Below are positions 32,050 to 45,390 of a DNA stretch of 64,000 bases, piece by piece. Location: positions 43,648,001-43,712,000 of the forward strand of contig OZ024750.1 of assembly GCA_964016885.1 (NCBI GenBank). The letters run 5' to 3'. Position 1 is the stretch's first letter; every line of letters starts with the position of its first letter. The notes beneath the pieces are model-generated. The model was given only the letters and a program-made list of their open reading frames with translations, was not told where the DNA came from and did not search any database. The position numbers and the translations under genes were made by a program. The DNA is from Eledone cirrhosa. Lineage: Eukaryota.

Positions 32050-33260
32050 GATGTTGGTGTTTTTATTATGGTTGTTGTTGGTTTTGTTAGTATTGTTGTT
32101 GTTGGTTTTGTTATTATTGTTGTTATTGTTGTTGTTGGTTTTGTTAGTTTAGTTGGTGTTGTTAGTATTGTTGTTGTTGGTTTTGTTAGTTTACTTGGTG
32201 TTGTTGTTGGTTTTGTTAGTTTAGTTGGTGTTGTTATTATTGTTGTTGTTGGTTTTGTTAGTTTACTTGGAGTTGTTAGTATTGTTGCTGCTGTCAATTT
32301 TGTCGTAAATGTTGTTATTCTACTGGTTGTTGGTGTTCTTACTGTAGTTGCTGTTGTTAGTGTTGTTGCTGTAATTCTGTTACTGTAGTTGTTGTTGTTA
32401 CTGTTGTTGTTGTTGTTACTGCTCTTACTGTAGTTGTTGTTACTGCTGTTACTGTTGTTGTTGTTGTTGCTGCTGTTACTGTAGTTGTTGTTACTGTTGT
32501 TACTGTAGTTGTTGTTACTTCTCTTACTGTAGTTGTTGTTGTTACTGTTGTTACTGTAGTTGTTGTTACTGCTCTTACTGTAGTTGTTGTTGTTACTGCT
32601 GTTACTGTTGTTGTTGTTGTTGTTACTGCTGTTACTGTTGTTACTGTAGTTGTTACTGCTCTTACTGTAGTTGCTGTTGTTACTGTTGTTACTGTTGTTG
32701 TTGTTGTTGTTGTTACTGCTGTTACTGTTGTTGTTGTTGTTACTGCTGTTACTGTAGTTGTTGTTACTGCTCTTACTGTAGTTGTTGTTACTGTTGTTAC
32801 TGATGTTGTTGTTGTTACTGCTGTTACTGTAGTTGTTACTGCTGTTACTGTAGTTGTTGTTGTTACTGTTGTTTCTGGAGTTGTTGTTGTTACTGTTGTT
32901 ACTGTAGTTGTTACTGTTGTTACTGTAGTTCTTGTTGTTACTGTTGTTACTGTAGTTGTTACTGTTGTTACTGTAGTTGTTGTTGTTACTGTTGTTGTTG
33001 TTACTGTTGTTACTGATGTTGTTTTTACTGTTGTTACTGTAGTTGTTGTTACTGTTGTTACTGTTGTTGTTGTTACTGTTGTTACTGTTGTTGTTGTTGT
33101 TACTGTTGTTACTGTAGTTGTTGTTACTGTTGTTACTGTTGTTACTGTAGTTGTTGTTACTGTTGTTACTGTAGTTGTTGTTACTGTTGTTACTGTAGTT
33201 GTTGTTATTGTTGTTACTGTTGTTAGTATTGCTACAAATGTTGTTCTTACTGTTGTTGTT
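32050..33260. repeat. Triplet-phased (GTT/ACT/GTA)n minisatellite
   Basis: GTTACTGTAGTTGTT-type units. Confidence 0.9.
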
Positions 33261-33594
33261 ACCAATTTTGCTGACATAGGCGACACCGCTGTCACCGCCG
33301 CCATATGTTATAACTGATGTTGCTTTCTTACCAAATTCTTCGACATACCCCGTCCCCGAAAATAGAACATAACGATGATGATGATGATGATGATGATGAT
33401 AAAATAATGACAACAACAACAACAAGAATAATAATAATAATAATGATAGTAATAATCAAAAACTACCGCAAAATCAAAAATGAAGACAGCAATGAAAACA
33501 AAAAAACCCTCCAAAAATAGAATAAAAATAATCAAAATAAAGGGAAAAATACTTTATCTTATTGAGTTTTCTGTGTCTTTGCTTTCATATAATA

Positions 33595-33934
33595 TATATA
33601 TATGTGTGTTTGTGTGTATGCGTATATATGTATGTGTGTGTGTGTGATGTGTGTTTGTGTATATATATATATATGTGTGTGTGATGTGTGTGTTAATGCA
33701 TATATATATATATGTGTATGTGTGCATATATATATTGATTTTGTTGTTGTGAGTGGTGGTGAGTCGGTATACAAGAGGTTGTATGTCTTTGATTTTCTTC
33801 TAATCATATGCACATGTATATTTGTGTGGGTATACATACATACATACATGCACAAATATATACATACATTCATACATACATGCACAAATACATATATACA
33901 TATATATACAAACATATATACAAAAACATACTTG

Positions 33935-33996
<62 letters not shown>

Positions 33997-34074
33997 ATTA
34001 GCATTGGTGCTCTCTATATATATGTATATATGTGTGTGTATATATATATACATGTATATATATATATACACATG

Positions 34075-34136
<62 letters not shown>

Positions 34137-34324
34137 CACACATGTATGTATATATATATATACAGACCCATACCAACAGACGCAGACACACACACATACT
34201 AATATATACATATATGTATATATGTGTGTGTGTGTGTATATATTTACATACGCATACATATATATATATATGTATATACATACATATATATTTACATACA
34301 CATACATATATATTTACATACACA

Positions 34325-34374
<50 letters not shown>

Positions 34375-34440
34375 CATATATGTATATACATATATATATA
34401 TATGTATATATACATACATATATGTATATACATATATATA

Positions 34441-34511
<71 letters not shown>

Positions 34512-34806
34512 ATACATATATATATATATATATATTTGTATATATTTACATACATACACATATATATATATACATATATATATACATACATATATATATA
34601 TATATTTGTATATATTTACATACATACACATATATATATATACATATATATATATATTTACATACATACATATATATATATACATATATATATATTTGTA
34701 TATATTTACATACATATATATATACATACATATATATATATTTGTATATATTTACATACATACATAGATATATGCATATATATATTTGTATATATTTACA
34801 TACATA

Positions 34807-34847
<41 letters not shown>

Positions 34848-34868
34848 ACATACATATATACATACATA

Positions 34869-34900
<32 letters not shown>

Positions 34901-35035
34901 CATATATATACATACATACATATATACATACATACATACATACATACATCCATATATATATATACACACACACACACACAATATATATATACACACACAC
35001 ACATATATATATATACATATACGTACTTATATATA
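33595..35035. repeat. Compound TA/CATA microsatellite
   Basis: Direct inspection. Confidence 0.9.
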
Positions 35036-35667
35036 ATATGTGTTCAATTTAATTCTTTTGTGAAAATATCTTAATTTTTTCGATCCTAGGTTATTTTATA
35101 TAATCTCAATCATACTTAGAGAAATATCTCGAGGCAAAATCTAACGTTCAACAACTGTAAACGTGACTCTAGTTGTTCTTGTTGACTTGGCTTCAGTCCA
35201 TAACTTTATTATTCAATATTATGAATCTACTATTTAGACGCCATTTTAATTCTCTTTTCCTTCTTCTCGCATCTTTCTTTTTCTTCTTTTTAGTTTGTTA
35301 TGTTTGTTTGTTTGTTTGTTTGTTCTTTCTTTCGTTCGTTATTTCTTCTTCTTATTCTTCTTCTTCTTCTTATTTTTTCTTCTTCTTTAGATATTCACTT
35401 TTCCGCTCTTTCTTTTCCCTTTCTTTCTTTCTTTCTTTTTTGCCTCCTTCTTCTGTCTTTCATTGTCTCCATCTTTTACTCTTCGTTTCTTTTTTTTTTT
35501 CTCTCATTCTTCTTTCTTTCTTTCTTTCTTTCTCTCGTTCTTCTTTCTTTCTTTCTTTCATTCTCTATGTCGACCATCTCTATGTTTCTGTTATATTCTG
35601 TTATCGAAATTCATTCATATATTTATTCAACAAATTATTCAATCATACTTCCACATCAGTCCTTTGG

Positions 35668-35724
<57 letters not shown>

Positions 35725-35729
35725 CTATA

Positions 35730-36449
35730 GGACTGCCTATCTACCCTTTCGAGATAAGATCTACAGTCACGGATGCCCCGGCAGGGATCCTTCCAAGAGG
35801 ATGTGTCCAAGATGCGAGCAGGACATTGAAACCGTCTTGCACGCAATTGTACACTGCCCGGCCGAAAGCGACCAGTGGAACTATGCTGAACAATTGCTGT
35901 CGCGTATGGGACAAATCCAGTTGACTGTTGAGTCCATAGTAAGGATCAAACCGCCAGCCTCTTTCAACGAAAGAGAAGCGGTTTTCCTCTGTACAGTGGC
36001 TACGGTGAAAGAAGTTATATGGTGGACGAGATTGAGAGGACTGAGACAAGATGCCTTTTTCTCCGTCAACAATTGATTCCATTCTTTAAGTATCACTTTA
36101 GAAGGAGAATCAGGGTGGAGAGAGAGGCACTGCACCCCAGTAAATTTACTGAAAGGTGGGCGAATGAAGCGAAAATGGCCCGAGTGATTGGGCCTTCTCT
36201 GTTTATAAGCCTGTAGGTTAAGGAAGAGAGCAAAAGGAAGAAAGGAGCACTTGCACAACACGCTCCTGAAGTTGAGGGTTGTTCTATCGACGGAGTATTA
36301 AACAACCCATTTGTGGCGCTTCCCTCCTATTGGGGATTTCGATTGTTATAATTGTTTGTTTTATATTTTTTAAACGACTGTATGTAAAATCCCCGGCATA
36401 TCTTTGTATTGTTCCCTTTTCTTGTGCGCCCTTGTGGCAAATAAAGAAA
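35730..36449 (+). mobile_element. 5'-truncated Tx1/L1-type LINE 3' end inserted in (TCTA)n
   Basis: LPFRDKI..CPRCEQDIETVLHAIVHCP (CCHC) ..VIWWTR, then a frameshift, then ..FTERW..stop at 36216. 3' UTR ends AATAAAGAAA. (TCTA)n on both sides. Confidence 0.8.
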
Positions 36450-36529
36450 TCTATCTATCTACTTATCTATTTCGATCGTTGGCCCTGCACACTAACCACT
36501 AAGCCACACGCCGACACATGCAGAGAGAA

Positions 36530-36785
36530 AATAATGGTTTCTGATTTAGACACAAGGCCAACAAATTTGGTGTGCTGCTGGTACTTTATTTTATCGAACC
36601 CAGTGCATTACTGGTGCTTTATTTTATTTACCCCAGTACATTACTGGTACTTTATTTTATCGACCCTGTAAGGATGAAAGGCAAAGCTAGCGTCAGCGGG
36701 ATTTTGAACTCAGAACGTAAAGGGACCTAACACTATGCCACAAAACTTGTCTGATGCTCTACCGATTTTACTGCCAATCCACCTT
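36530..36785 (-). mobile_element. SINE family A with internal triplication
   Basis: CATTACTGGTACTTTATTTTAT-like segment repeated about 3 times. Head ends CTGCCAATCCACC. Confidence 0.8.
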
Positions 36786-36829
36786 CTTTATATCAATGTT
36801 ACTTGTTTTATTGGTTTAAGTTGTATGAA

Positions 36830-37295
36830 AGAAACACCCTAATGCAGAGTACACCGCTGGACCTCCGACGGTGAGTGTTTCAGTTGTTTGAATAACAGAA
36901 TTGTTAACTTGTGTAATTAATGTGTAATGGCTAGGCATTCCACAGACACGTGTACTCTTAACGTGTTTGTCAGAGAGATTTAATATGACACAGAGTATGG
37001 CATGAATTGTTCTCTGAATTACATGTATAACTGACTCATTTCTACCAGGTGAAATAGAATGGAACAACGTAAAATAAAATGTCTTGCTTAAGGCCACAAC
37101 GTGTCACACAGATTCAAAAACATGGCAGTAAGATCGTGAGTCGAACACTCTAACCCTTAAGCCACTGATCTCCACAAAACCTAGAACTAGAAGGCTTATC
37201 AGGCTTATTAAGACCACAACGTGTTACACAAACTCGAACACATGACAGTAAGATCGTGAACCGAACACTCTAACCACTGAGCCACACATCTCCAC
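36830..37295 (-). mobile_element. tRNA-derived SINE family B with duplicated head
   Basis: Minus strand TGGCTCAGTGGTTAGAGTGTTCG head occurs twice (~120-bp tandem), followed by CCTTAAGCAAGACATTTTATTT. Confidence 0.65.
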
Positions 37296-37792
37296 CAAAC
37301 TTAGAACTAGAAGGCTGATAAATGGAATAAATGCAGTAGAGACGCTACGTGTGGATTAATGTGATTTTCTAACGGTAGGTAGCGCACACAAGAATACTGA
37401 CAGTCACCTGACAAGAAATTCGTCTGTTCTATTCGAATGTCCGCCATGGGCAGTCAGCTGGTTGTGACGTCACATAGCAGAGATATTTGGACTATTAGCA
37501 TGCCTAAATGTTGATGACGTCAAACACAGAACCTAAGAAGGAATTGGATTGATCAACAAAGAAGGAGGAAGGGGGACAGATGTCAGTTATTATTTTACAT
37601 TGGAGCTTCTCTGTTAATTGTTGCCAATGGCGGAACTTCCTGGACAAAAGATTTGCCACCACCTACTTTCTCTCTTTCCATTTATCTGTGTTTGTGTCTA
37701 TCAACCTCACACACACACATACACATACACTCACACATATACATACTTGTTTCTCTATCTATCTAGCTACCATCCCTCTCTTTCTATATCTT

Positions 37793-37841
<49 letters not shown>

Positions 37842-38083
37842 AGGGAGTGTAACTTGGTGTTACTGCAGGTCCACCCGGGTGAGCACTCGATGTTTAGGTT
37901 CACTTCTGTGTTGAGGTGTAGAGCATGTTGAGATGTATACCATTTTAAAGGGTCCGTCGAGCTGCCGATTATTGAGTCGGGTAAGATCGATACAGATCGA
38001 ACCTTGAGCTGATCAGTGGCGAAACGCGCGTCACCTACCAATAAATGTAATGAAGGAGTAACCAATCGTCCTTGTTATCCTTT

Positions 38084-38117
<34 letters not shown>

Positions 38118-38170
38118 AATGAGTTATTTGGTTTGTTGATTATTCAACAAAATTAATGTTCAATTATTAT

Positions 38171-38229
38171 ATTTTATCTGACAAAAGCGTACTTAAATAT
38201 TAGTACCCTTGAAATACGTATAATAAAAT
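38171..38229 (+). ncRNA. Decayed hammerhead (CUGACAA core), related to the 38934 family
   Basis: AUUUUAU-CUGACAA-AAG.GUACU..AGUAC.CUU-GAAA-UACGUA-UA-AUAAAAU. Confidence 0.55.
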
Positions 38230-38273
38230 AAATATGGTTTTATAAAGATATTTTCCACCAATTAATATTATTG

Positions 38274-38314
<41 letters not shown>

Positions 38315-38533
38315 GGTTGGATAATACTTGTAGCCCTATATATATTTTTTACACGTAGGAACACATACTTTATTATATATATATATTATATATATATATA
38401 TACAAAAGTTCTATTTAAAATTGTTGGGATACAACAAGTAAATATTTTATAACTGATATAAAGCACTCGACAAGTTTTTGGAGTAGATATACGATATTAA
38501 ATAAATGGAAACTATATTTATAAAACCATATTT

Positions 38534-38596
38534 ATTTCATTATACATATTTCAGGGATACCAAATTAAAATATGGTATGCCTTCATCAGACAAAAT
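38534..38596 (-). ncRNA. Minimal type I hammerhead (inverted copy)
   Basis: Reverse complement of 38934-38996. Confidence 0.72.
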
Positions 38597-38933
38597 ACAA
38601 TATATAAACAGTTTTATAAATAATTTTGACGTACCCTATTAGATGCAACCATTATTTTTGGAAGCTGTCTGGATAGTGAGATGTTTATAATTATTTTATT
38701 AGTTATAGTGTTAAGTACAGTTAGAAAAAAGACGGAGAGAAAGAAAAAAACGGAGAGAGAGAAGGAGAGAGAAAAAGAAGTAGAGAGAGAAGGAATGTCT
38801 TTTTTCTAACTGTACTTAACACTATAACTAATAAAATAATTATAAACATCTCACTATCCAGACAGCTTCCAAAAATAATGGTCGCATCTAATAGGGTACG
38901 TCAAAATTATTTATAAAACTGTTTATATATTGT

Positions 38934-38996
38934 ATTTTGTCTGATGAAGGCATACCATATTTTAATTTGGTATCCCTGAAATATGTATAATGAAAT
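38934..38996 (+). ncRNA. Minimal type I hammerhead ribozyme
   Basis: AUUUUGU-CUGAUGA-AGG.AUACCA..UGGUAU.CCU-GAAA-UAUGUA-UA-AUGAAAU. Confidence 0.72.
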
Positions 38997-39491
38997 AAAT
39001 ATGGTTTTATAAATATAGTTTCCATTTATTTAATATCGTTTAATATCGTATATACATATATATATAATCATTCACTGGGTAATTGCTGGCCTTGTGCCAA
39101 AAGTAGAAACAATTATTATATTAATTATATTATATATACTATATATTCATATTATATATATAGAAATAGATAGTGAAATGAAGGGCTATGACATATACTT
39201 CAAGATAAAGAAAGGGGTCATAATACACACTACACCCATTTTCTATAGAATAATATTTCTGTGGGTTCGGAAGATTGAAATGAGAACTAAACCCATACTA
39301 GATAATCCCAACAGGATCAACAACTAAACCACACACAAGTGCGAACCTTTAAGAAGCTCAATCGTACATCACATTATAAATCTATATTCTCGGCCCTTAG
39401 TAAGTTCGGAAATTCCAACTTCCCGCAGATTTGTTAATATTTGGAAAAGCTATTTTATTCAGCTTCTTATTAAGACGGTAAGATTTTGTGA

Positions 39492-39566
39492 GGGGTCCCT
39501 TAGCTGAATAGTTAGAAAAACCTAGCCTGTATCTGGGAGTTCGGAGTTCAATTCTTCGTTGCGGCC
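39492..39566 (+). other. Degenerate tRNA-like segment
   Basis: TAGCTGAATAGTTAGA (A-box-like) and GGAGTTCAATTC (B-box-like) at tRNA spacing, but stems are poor. Confidence 0.3.
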
Positions 39567-39660
39567 GTTGGCAACAATTTCCAGTCACTCGGGGGTCTTT
39601 AGCCGATTTAAAAAAATATTTTATAGCAACTGACTGTAATTGCAGTTATTTTCTGCGTCT

Positions 39661-40178
<518 letters not shown>

Positions 40179-40196
40179 ATATATATATATATATAT

Positions 40197-40355
40197 ATAA
40201 CGAAGGAAATGTGGTAAGGAACCAGGTGGACCATAACGCACCAAAGTACTCAATACTTGAGGTAGTAGAGTGGGTAATAGGTAATGTGTGTATGTGTGTG
40301 TATATATATATAGAGAGAGAGATTTATACACACACGCACACAGACACACACACAC

Positions 40356-40403
<48 letters not shown>

Positions 40404-40467
40404 GTGTGTGTGTGTCTGTGTGCGTGTGTGTATAAATCTCTCTCTCTATATATATATACACACACAT

Positions 40468-40500
<33 letters not shown>

Positions 40501-40666
40501 GGAACAAGTAAGACCCCGACGGCTGAGCTCAAGCCGTTTCGACGGCTAATTCAGAGAATTAGCCGTCGGGGTCTTACTTGTTCCTATTACCCACTCTACT
40601 ACCCTAAGTATTGAGTACTTTGGTGCGTTATGGTCCACCTGGTTCCTTACCACATTTTCTTCGTTA
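40197..40666. mobile_element. Family T inverted pair, left arm split by a palindromic microsatellite
   Basis: 40197-40281 plus 40499-40525 are the reverse complement of 40561-40666. Confidence 0.7.
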
Positions 40667-40689
40667 TATATATATATATGTTTGTGTAT

Positions 40690-40795
40690 GCGTATCTCGG
40701 ATTCCATCAGGGGGTAACCACTGTAAGTAAGGTACTCTCCTGATGATTTCCTTCGAATGAAACAGTTCTAGACCTGTAGAAGCCATTTCTATGTT
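40690..40795 (+). mobile_element. Mini PLE footprint: inverted tail plus hammerhead core (40740-40782)
   Basis: CUGAUGA-UUUC CUUC GAAU-GAAA-CAG..CUG-UA-GAAG. Both parts are related to 44985-45157. Confidence 0.6.
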
Positions 40796-40867
40796 TTATA
40801 TATATATATTTATATATATATATAAATATCACTCCCTGGATATATACATACATATATATATATATAT

Positions 40868-41084
40868 ATAGCTTTCACCGTATTTTTTGACTAAAGAAAT
40901 TTTAGTCTGATAATGGGGTTTAGAACCCTCAGATAAATGGAAAAAGATGAGTGTTGACGTACATATCAATACTCATCGAGTATTGACGTACATATCAATA
41001 CTCATCTTTTTCCATTTATCTGAGGGTTCTAAACCCCATTATCAGACTAAAATTTCTTTAGTCAAAAAATACGGTGAAAGCTAT
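40868..41084. repeat. ~100-bp-arm inverted repeat in (TA)n
   Basis: ATAGCTTTCACCGTATTTTTTGAC.. / ..GTCAAAAAATACGGTGAAAGCTAT, with a short direct duplication at the centre. Confidence 0.85.
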
Positions 41085-41132
41085 TCTATTTTCTAATTTC
41101 AAACCTGCTCACTGTTTCAAAACATATTTTAC

Positions 41133-41163
<31 letters not shown>

Positions 41164-41395
41164 TATAAATATATAGTAAAAAGTAAGACCCCGACGGCAG
41201 AGCTCAAGCCGTTTCGACGGCTATTTCTATATAAATATATATATGCAAAGGTATATATCCACACACTACTAATTCCGTCTCAATATGTCCAAGAAATTCG
41301 TCTCCCTTCTCATTCTCAACCACAAACACGTGTGATTTAAGGGGCGAGCAATAAAGACATTTTTATTATATTATATTATGTTATATATTATATAA

Positions 41396-42075
41396 GGGCG
41401 GAGGATTGGCAGTATCGGTAGAGGGTTGGATGTCATGCTTTACAGCATGGTGTTACGGCCGTTTACGATCTGAGTTCAAATCCGGCGGAGGTTAACTTTG
41501 CCTTTCATCCTTACAGGGTCGATAAAATAAAGTACCAGTAATACACTGGGGTAATTGCTGGCCCTGTGCTAAAAGTAGAAACAATTATTACAATTGATAC
41601 TATCATTATGGATAACGCGCCTGACTACGGATCAGGAGATTCCAGGTTCGACTCCTGGCAAGCTCGAAAGACCTTCATTTTAGGGCGGTGGATTGGCGGT
41701 ATCGATAGAGTGTCGGACGCCATGCTTTGCAAGCAAAGAGTTACGGCCCTTTATGGTCTGAGTTCAAATCCCGCCGAGGTTAACTTTGCCTTTCATCCTT
41801 ACGGGGTCGATAAAATAAAGTACCAGTAATAAACTGGGTAATTGCTGGCCTTGTGCCTAACGTAGAAACAATTATATTATATTATATTATGGTGGTTTGG
41901 CAGTATCGGTAGAGGGTCGGCCGCCATGCTTTGTAGCACAGTTATGTCCCTTTACGGACTGAGTTCAAATGCCGCCGAGGTTAACTTTGCCTTTCATCCT
42001 TACGGGGTCGATAAAATAAAGTACCAGTAATGTATTGGGTATTTGCTGGCCTTGTGCCAAAAGTAGAAACAATTA
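41396..42075 (+). mobile_element. Three tandem SINEs (family A)
   Basis: Copies at ~41396-41590, 41682-41875 and 41890-42075. Confidence 0.88.
41608..41666 (+). pseudogene. 5'-truncated tRNA-Arg(ACG)
   Basis: ATGGATAACGCG-CCTGA CTACGGA TCAGG-AGATT-CCAGG TTCGACT CCTGG-CAAGCTCG. Anticodon and T arms are perfect, about 14 5' nt are missing, and TTTT lies at 41678. Confidence 0.85.
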
Positions 42076-42258
42076 TATTATATATTATATATTTTACAAG
42101 TGTAACAATAGCGTATAGTAAGGGAGCCGACAATAGCTGTATGGTAGAGAGATGGTAATGGGATTGAAAGAATAACAGGACTATTGTGAATATCTTTTAT
42201 ATGTTGATAACGAGACTGGCTTGTCCTTAGGGTCTGCTCATTGTGTGAGGGGGAAATA

Positions 42259-42259
<1 letters not shown>

Positions 42260-42318
<59 letters not shown>

Positions 42319-42411
42319 GTGTGTGTGTGTATATGTATGTATGTGTGTGTGTATGTGTGTGTATGTGTATATGTGTGTATGTGTGTGTATGTGTATATGT
42401 GTGTGTGTGTA

Positions 42412-42450
<39 letters not shown>

Positions 42451-43398
42451 ATGTATGTGTTTGTGTATGTATGTATGTATGTATGTATGTATGTGTTTGT
42501 GTGTATGTGTGCATGTATGTATGTGTTTGTATGTGTGTGTGTATGTATGTATGTATGTGTGAGTGTGTGTATGTATGTATGTGTGAGTGTGTGTATGTAT
42601 GTATGTGTATGTATGCATCTATGTATGTGTCTGTATGTGTGTATGTACGCGTGTGTGTGTATGTATGTATGACTGTGTATAAATGTATGAGTGTGTATAT
42701 ATGTATATTATTGTGAGTGTGGGCGGGTGTTTGTATATACACGAGAGCGTGTAGCTTCACATTCTGTAAGTTTATGTTTATGTACGTAAAGATGTATGCG
42801 TATATACGTGATACTCTTAGTGTGTGTGTGTGTGTCTGTGAGTGTGTGTATGTGTGTGCACATCATGTAACTGTATCTGTACAGGATGTATATGTACTTT
42901 AAGATATAAATGCGTGTGTAACCAATAAAGTGGATATATATATATATATATATATATATGTTTGTAAATGTATGTATGAAGATTTCAAGGAAGGAGAGAG
43001 AGGGGGTGGGACTGAAATAGAGTGGGAGAGATAGAGAGAGATAGGGAGAGAGAGGGAGGGAGACCGAAATAAAGTGGGAGAGATAGAGAGAGATAGCGAG
43101 AGAGAGAAAGAGGGAGGGGAATCGAAATGGAGTGGGAGAGAGAGAGAGAGAGAGAGAGGTGGGGAGATGGGAGAGAGAGAGGGGGGAGAGGGAAGAAAGA
43201 ATAAAGAAAGAGACAGATAGAGAGAGGGATAGAGAGAAAGCGAGAGAGAGAAAGCGAGAGAAAGAAAGAAAGAGAGAGATAGAGAGAGAGAAAGAGAGAG
43301 AGTGAGAGAGAGTGAGAGAAAGAGAGAGAGAGAATGAGATATATATAGAGAGAAAGAGAGAGTGTGTGAGGGAGCATAGCATGAAATTACTGAGTGGG

Positions 43399-43450
<52 letters not shown>
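42260..43450. repeat. (TG)n/(TATG)n followed by (GA)n low-complexity DNA
   Basis: Direct inspection. Confidence 0.85.
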
Positions 43451-43452
<2 letters not shown>

Positions 43453-43548
43453 GGTGTCCTCCAAAAATGTATACACACTTTGATTACATGTACAGGTAAT
43501 ATTTATTAGAATGTTTTTCTGGAGTGTATACATTTTTAGGGAGAGTCA
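43450..43548. mobile_element. Possible Tc1/mariner-type MITE remnant
   Basis: TA-CAGGGTGTCC..AAAAATGTATACAC with a partial inverted copy GTGTATACATTTTT. Confidence 0.4.
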
Positions 43549-43743
43549 CATAAATTAGGGACAACCAATTGTATTTGATGGGTCGATGAATATATAAACG
43601 AACAACATAATATATATACACACATATATATATATATGTATTTACACACACACACTCACACATATATATATACCATATATATATATATAGGGAGAGAGTG
43701 CGGCGATTTAGAGAAGGAATTACATGGATAAAGATAGACAGAG

Positions 43744-43825
<82 letters not shown>

Positions 43826-43885
43826 AAGAGAGAGTAAGTAATTTAGTTAGAGAGGTAATTAGATACTGATAGATAGACAGATATA

Positions 43886-43930
<45 letters not shown>

Positions 43931-44343
43931 CTTTGTATGTGTGTGTTTATGTATATATATATATGTATATACACACACACAAACACACACACAAACACAC
44001 ACACATACATATATACATTGACATAGACAGATACATAGAGGTACAACGGGATGAGGAGGTGCAGCAATCGTTAACAAAAACACACAAACAAATTGGATGT
44101 GATGGTTGCTACTTCCTGGCCGTGGTTTGAAAGCAATGACAACAGTTTCTGTAGAAATGGCTTAGAGCTACAGTTATATGGACAGCTCCTATTTAGAAAT
44201 AATAATGGCGCAGTGACTGGGCTAATCGCGCCGGTCGCGGCCATTACGTTCGGTTAAAGAAAGAATAGATTAATAAGAGACCCTTTATAAAAAAGAATAG
44301 CCTATAAATTTACGACGTTCAGCTTACGAGATGTAAAAAATAA

Positions 44344-44379
<36 letters not shown>

Positions 44380-44672
44380 AGCGCTGCAAGGAAATAAATG
44401 AGCAATGCCACCATTTTGTATTGTATTGAAGAAATACTGTTGCAAATACTTTCATTCATACAATCGTACTTTCTCGCTCATTCCCTTCAGCTCATATCTT
44501 CGCAAGTCAGGCAGCCCCCCTCCCCACACACACACACTCTCTCTCACAGACACACACACACACACACACACAGACACACTCTCTCTCTCTTTCCCACACA
44601 TGCATACTTATATATACATACATACATACACACACACACACGCAAACACACAATCCCTCTTTCTCTCACAGA

Positions 44673-44707
<35 letters not shown>

Positions 44708-44984
44708 ACACATGCATACTTATATATACATACATACATACACACAAACACACAAACACACAATCTCTCTTTCTCTCACAGACACCCCCCCTCTCTCTCT
44801 CTTTCCCACACAGGCATACTTATATATACATACATACATACACACACACAAACACACAATCTCTCTTTCTCTCAGACACTCTCTCTCTCTCTCTTTCCCA
44901 CACAGGCATACTTATATATACATACACACACACACATGCGCATGTATATATATATATATATATATATACGTATATATATAGAGA

Positions 44985-45157
44985 GAGAAATGGCTTCTAC
45001 AGGACGAGAACTCCCTGATGATTTCTGATGACTTCTCCCGAATGAAACAGTTCTAGTTCTGTAGAAGCCATTTCTATATTAAATATTTATACTCTGCTAT
45101 GTATTGAGTACCTTACTACCTTACTTATTGCGGTTACCCCCGATTGAACCCGGGATA
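44985..45157 (+). mobile_element. PLE footprint with hammerhead core (45025-45067) and short inverted arm
   Basis: AGAAATGGCTTCTACAG / CTGTAGAAGCCATTTCT inverted repeat. CTGATGA is duplicated. Confidence 0.6.
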
Positions 45158-45332
45158 AACATATATATACACACACACACACGCACGCACACATACTTAC
45201 ACATACACACAAACACAGACACACACGCACGCACACCCACTCACACACTCACACACTCACACACACATATATATATATATATATTATAAAATAACAGGAG
45301 GCTGGACTGGTGTAATTCCTTAAAGGTTTATT

Positions 45333-45390
45333 ATACTATGAACATTTCAATGACCGGGTTCAGTATGAATCCGGTGACATCATCAGGTAT
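45333..45390 (-). ncRNA. Minimal type I hammerhead ribozyme followed by AATAAA
   Basis: AUAC-CUGAUGA-UG..ACCGG.UUCA UAC UGAA.CCGGU..-GAAA-UGUUCA-UA-GUAU. Confidence 0.78.

Larger units (their letters stand above)
38403..39039. mobile_element. PLE-type inverted pseudo-LTR pair (243-bp arms 38491-38733 / 38797-39039) plus tail
   Basis: Near-perfect inverted repeat. Same family as 56320-56753. Confidence 0.8.

Noticed and set aside
37990-38045. Hammerhead at GAAACGCGCGTC before AATAAA
   Set aside because: The 3' half fits, but no CUGANGA with a matching helix I was found. At best a decayed motif.
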